64,000 nucleotides of DNA, taken from Diadema antillarum (lineage: Eukaryota). Positions 60,578-64,000 of this stretch are shown piece after piece. Within the stretch, counting starts at the first letter, position 1. The number at the start of each line of letters is the position of its first letter. Location: positions 372,001 to 436,000 of the forward strand of contig NW_027271656.1 in assembly GCF_040938485.1 (NCBI RefSeq), written 5' to 3'. A program made the translations under genes and the position numbers. The notes beneath the pieces are model-generated. The model made no database searches. It was not told where the DNA came from and worked only from the letters and a program-made list of their open reading frames with translations.

Positions 60578-60850
60578 GTTTCCCGATCAGCACAAGTCAG
60601 ACAAAATTTCACATTGAATCCGAATACGGTAGAGTACTGTACTGCCGTTAGTACGGTACATTTGGAGCTAGCCGAGGGCTGCTGAAGCAAGGATTTGGCT
60701 GAACAATCTACAGTACACACACTGTACATAGTGCGTGCGTGACACACACTGGTACACGTACACTCCCACTCCAGTCCAAAGAGCGTACAGCTCTTTGCTC
60801 CAGTCGCTGTACCGACAGCGTCTGGTCGCGCTACACACCACCACCAGCTA
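60578..60850 (-). promoter_or_regulatory. Probable first non-coding exon and CpG-rich promoter of the Cys-rich gene
   Basis: CpG-rich zone at about 60280-60860 with donor AAC|gtaacg at 60577. AT-rich sequence resumes beyond 60900. Confidence 0.4.
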
Positions 60851-61583
60851 CGTTCGCAGTGATTGTCATAACATTTTTTTTTTTTTTTTTTCTGAAATCT
60901 TGACTGACGTCTGTCTCGGGGATGTGAATGTTCCGGACTTTCCATTCAACTTTGAAGCAATACTTTTTTTCTTTTTTTTTAAACAGTTCACACTGCACTT
61001 ATAAATGTAAAAATGACTGTAACCACTATTCTCTCTCAACATCATGTCATACGAGCGTCTGTCTTGTGACTGAAGTAACAATTACTAAGGAAGGTCATTT
61101 TGTTTACGGAAGGACATTGTTAAGACTGAAAACCTAAACATTTTTTTTTTACAATAAAAATTGGATATTGAAAAATGTGAGAAAGTTGACAGTTTGGACA
61201 TAACAGTGACATCATCTGCAATCACATGAAATAATGGAAATAAATGCAATGTCTTCACTCTAGAATACGTTATATCTCTCCCTATCGCTATCTATTACAC
61301 ATGCATACACACATATATAATTATATATGTACATATTAAAAAAAAAACAGAACTCAAGAAATGTACAATGTGGTTGATATTCCATACCAACAGTTTCTTT
61401 GAGGAACACACAAAACTGCAGGATCCCTGGCCTTTTTTTCAAGTGATTTTGATTCACTGGTTTCAAGGGTAGGAGTCTGAAAATTTGTGTTCTTCAAATA
61501 TACTGATTGGTATTGACAGAATGATACATTTCTTGAGTTTTTTTAAATGTTTATACAGTATAGGTATATACGTGTATACTCAT

Positions 61584-61609
61584 TGTATCAACACACGGAC
61601 TACAAATTA

Positions 61610-61647
<38 letters not shown>

Positions 61648-61797
61648 ACACACACAAACATATTTACAGTATGTACTGAAGCTGATTAATCATATATTGT
61701 ATCAACATGTGGACTATAATTAATTACTCTATACACACACAAACACACCCACAAGCACTCACACATATTTACAGTATGTACTGAAGCAGATTAATCA
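61584..61797. repeat. Tandem duplication of about 110 bp containing (CA)n
   Basis: tatcaac..ggacta..aattactct(ac)n..acatatttacagtatgtactgaagc.gattaatcat occurs twice. Confidence 0.85.
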
Positions 61798-61987
61798 TAA
61801 TATCAGAACTGTCAAAGACCCTGTATGTGCATGGCTATCAAAATGAGTATGTTTTAATTTCTTTGGAATTGTCAGGTGTGTGCTGTCTCTTCTTCAATCT
61901 ATAACTCTCCCTATCAAAACCTTCACAAGTGAAAGAAAGAGAAAGATATGGGAGAGTAGAGAGCAGCCAACTTTACTCACAATGTTC

Positions 61988-61990
<3 letters not shown>

Positions 61991-62052
<62 letters not shown>
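61991..62052. repeat. (TG)31 microsatellite
   Basis: Direct observation. Confidence 0.95.
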
Positions 62053-62054
<2 letters not shown>

Positions 62055-63106
62055 TGTTTGTGTTTGTATGTGTGGTAATCATTCCCTGCCCTCATGTCCA
62101 AGAACATTGAATACATGACTACAGTCAATGTGTACATACACAGCTCTCACAGAAATCTTTGCCTGAATAACAGAACAGTGTACATGAACCGAAATGAAAT
62201 ATGATTTTTCCTTTAAGTTTGCAAAGCAATTATAGTATTTTCCAGTATTTTCCATAAACGACTGTTTATGGCCATTAACTAATGATCATACACTGTACAT
62301 ACCAACAAAACAGATATCAGTAGGTGTACATGATGAATGGTTTATTCTTTTAAAGGATATCAGAACTCACAGTATGACACTCAAAAAAGCTTTCATTGCA
62401 TACAAAAACAGGCCTTTTAACTCAAATTAAGCTGGTCTATCAGCCACAAAAATTGCCATGATATCACCCAAACTCATAGCACCACATATACATACATTTG
62501 TAAGCTGTCAAACTCTGGCATCTATTTCAATTAATAAGATTAACATCTTCTTTTGCAGAAATGTACTGTATTCCAGCAAATTTCCATCTGGCATTAAAAC
62601 ATGGCAGTCGAGTACATACATCCCTACTTCAACTTCATGACATTCAAACCACAGCCTACCATGTTGATCATTTGATCTTTCGTGCATTATGTAATCTTGG
62701 TACATCACAGGAAAGTTCACAGAAATTTCAAATAGACAATTAATGCATGTACAGCATTATTTTGAATGAACTGGTCTCAAACACAGTCAATCTTTTTATA
62801 CAAAGTGTACATCAAGAAAATTACAGTTTACCATGTAAGGGCAAAGATGTTAATAGTAATAATGGATGCAAACATGAGTCATTGAAACTGAACATGAAGG
62901 GAAATTAGATGTTATTATATGATTCAATGATTAGCAGAGACTTTAAAAAAACACCTCCTTGCATTATATGTTGATCACTGATGTATGACTTTTAATGCTC
63001 AATATGTGAATTTTGTAACCACAAAGACAGTTATTATGTACTGCTGTAGCCAATTGTGTAGCATTTCAATAATGCCCAACTTGCACTGTTCTCTGGAAAT
63101 CCTATA

Positions 63107-63641
63107 CAGTGCACTCCCGTTACAACGAACACGGTTATAACGAAGTAAAACTTCTGGTCCCAAAATTATCGCCATTAAAGTCTATGGTACAAAATTTGGT
63201 TATAACGAACACGGTTATAGTGAAATTTTTGTTATAACGAAGTCTTTTCCGAGCACCACTGACAAAGAAAAACGAAAGAAATGTGCTTCGTTATAACGAA
63301 ATGCGGATGGCTTCCGAAAATATGTAGCGGAACAAGCATTTATATATAGCGTCTCTGCATGGGCGAACGCGTCACATCACTTTGTGTTCGCTCCGTGTGT
63401 AATGCAGTTTCCAAGGGGAACTTGCGTTATTGTATTACAATAATCTGAAATTGAATAACTGTTTTGTTTTATTGTTCAAAAAGCTTTCCAATGTATGATG
63501 AGTATTCAACAAACAGAATATAATATGTTAGTGGCTTCCTTGTTTTCGTTATATATTGTATTTGTTCGGTTATAACGAAATTTCGTCGTAACGAAAGAAA
63601 ACTTCCGGTCTCGAGCATTTCGTTATAACGGGAGTGCACTG
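63107..63641. mobile_element. Tigger/pogo-like MITE, long copy
   Basis: ta|CAGTGCACTCCCGTTACAACGAA ... TTCGTTATAACGGGAGTGCACTG|ta, with many GTTATAACGAA subterminal repeats. Confidence 0.9.
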
Positions 63642-64000
63642 TACCGCATTTCACAACTCCCTCTGCTTTTCTTTCTTTTCCCATCTCCCTCTTGGTTTCT
63701 CATCTCAGCCCTTCCTTCAAAAATATATCGTTTTCACTTAATATCTGCATATTGTATTCTGTATTGTTTATCAATTCATTTTATTATCATTATTTTTTTT
63801 TTTTTTTTTGGGGGGGGGCCTTGTTTAACATGCTGTGATGTTTGTTTGTTGTTGTTGTTGCTGTTTTGGTCCCACACAGCATTCCATATATATACATTAA
63901 CCTGTTTCAATTTTGTAATTGGCATGCATAATACTATGTATTCAGTAATACATTTGACAACTTCGGTAAAGTTCCATAACATTACTGAGTATGTTCCCTT

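Noticed and set aside
60574-60945. 123-aa minus-strand ORF at the promoter of the Cys-rich gene
   Set aside because: It has no signal peptide, and the true CDS start is fixed downstream by an in-frame stop in the 58255 exon. Treated as leader or promoter sequence.

Overview
Eukaryotic, intron-rich, repeat-dense invertebrate DNA. A marine deuterostome such as an echinoderm is my inference from the repeat types and the poly-G/C and (CA)n content. No rRNA, tRNA or CRISPR features were seen. Two spliced protein-coding genes face each other tail-to-tail. (1) On the + strand, a complete LETM1 gene has 15 coding exons from 11186 to 28278, about 852 aa. It carries a mitochondrial presequence, the LETM1 TM/ribosome-binding region, coiled coils and a C-terminal EF-hand. 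All GT-AG junctions were checked by hand and are phase-consistent. (2) On the - strand, an uncharacterised type I membrane glycoprotein has 8 coding exons from 58197 to 44011, about 461 aa. It has a signal peptide, an RLRR furin-type site, about 16 CxxCxxG units (GCC2/GCC3, Ephrin_rec_like style), one TM helix and a 36-aa tail with an acidic dileucine motif and a terminal YQGF. Its probable 5'UTR carries several uORFs. The rest is introns, UTRs and transposon debris: CR1/L2 LINE ends, Penelope-like pieces with three hammerhead-ribozyme-like motifs, Helentron-type HINEs, and MITEs of Kolobok, piggyBac, Tc1/pogo, PIF/Harbinger, hAT and EnSpm type. The main second-look items are the orphan Cys-rich sorting-receptor-like gene, a decayed but frame-preserving duplicate of LETM1 exon 6, a TSD-flanked inverted Penelope fragment with two hammerheads, and inverted HINEs around one exon. 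Coordinates were counted manually and repeat boundaries may be off by a few bases. No database searches were run.
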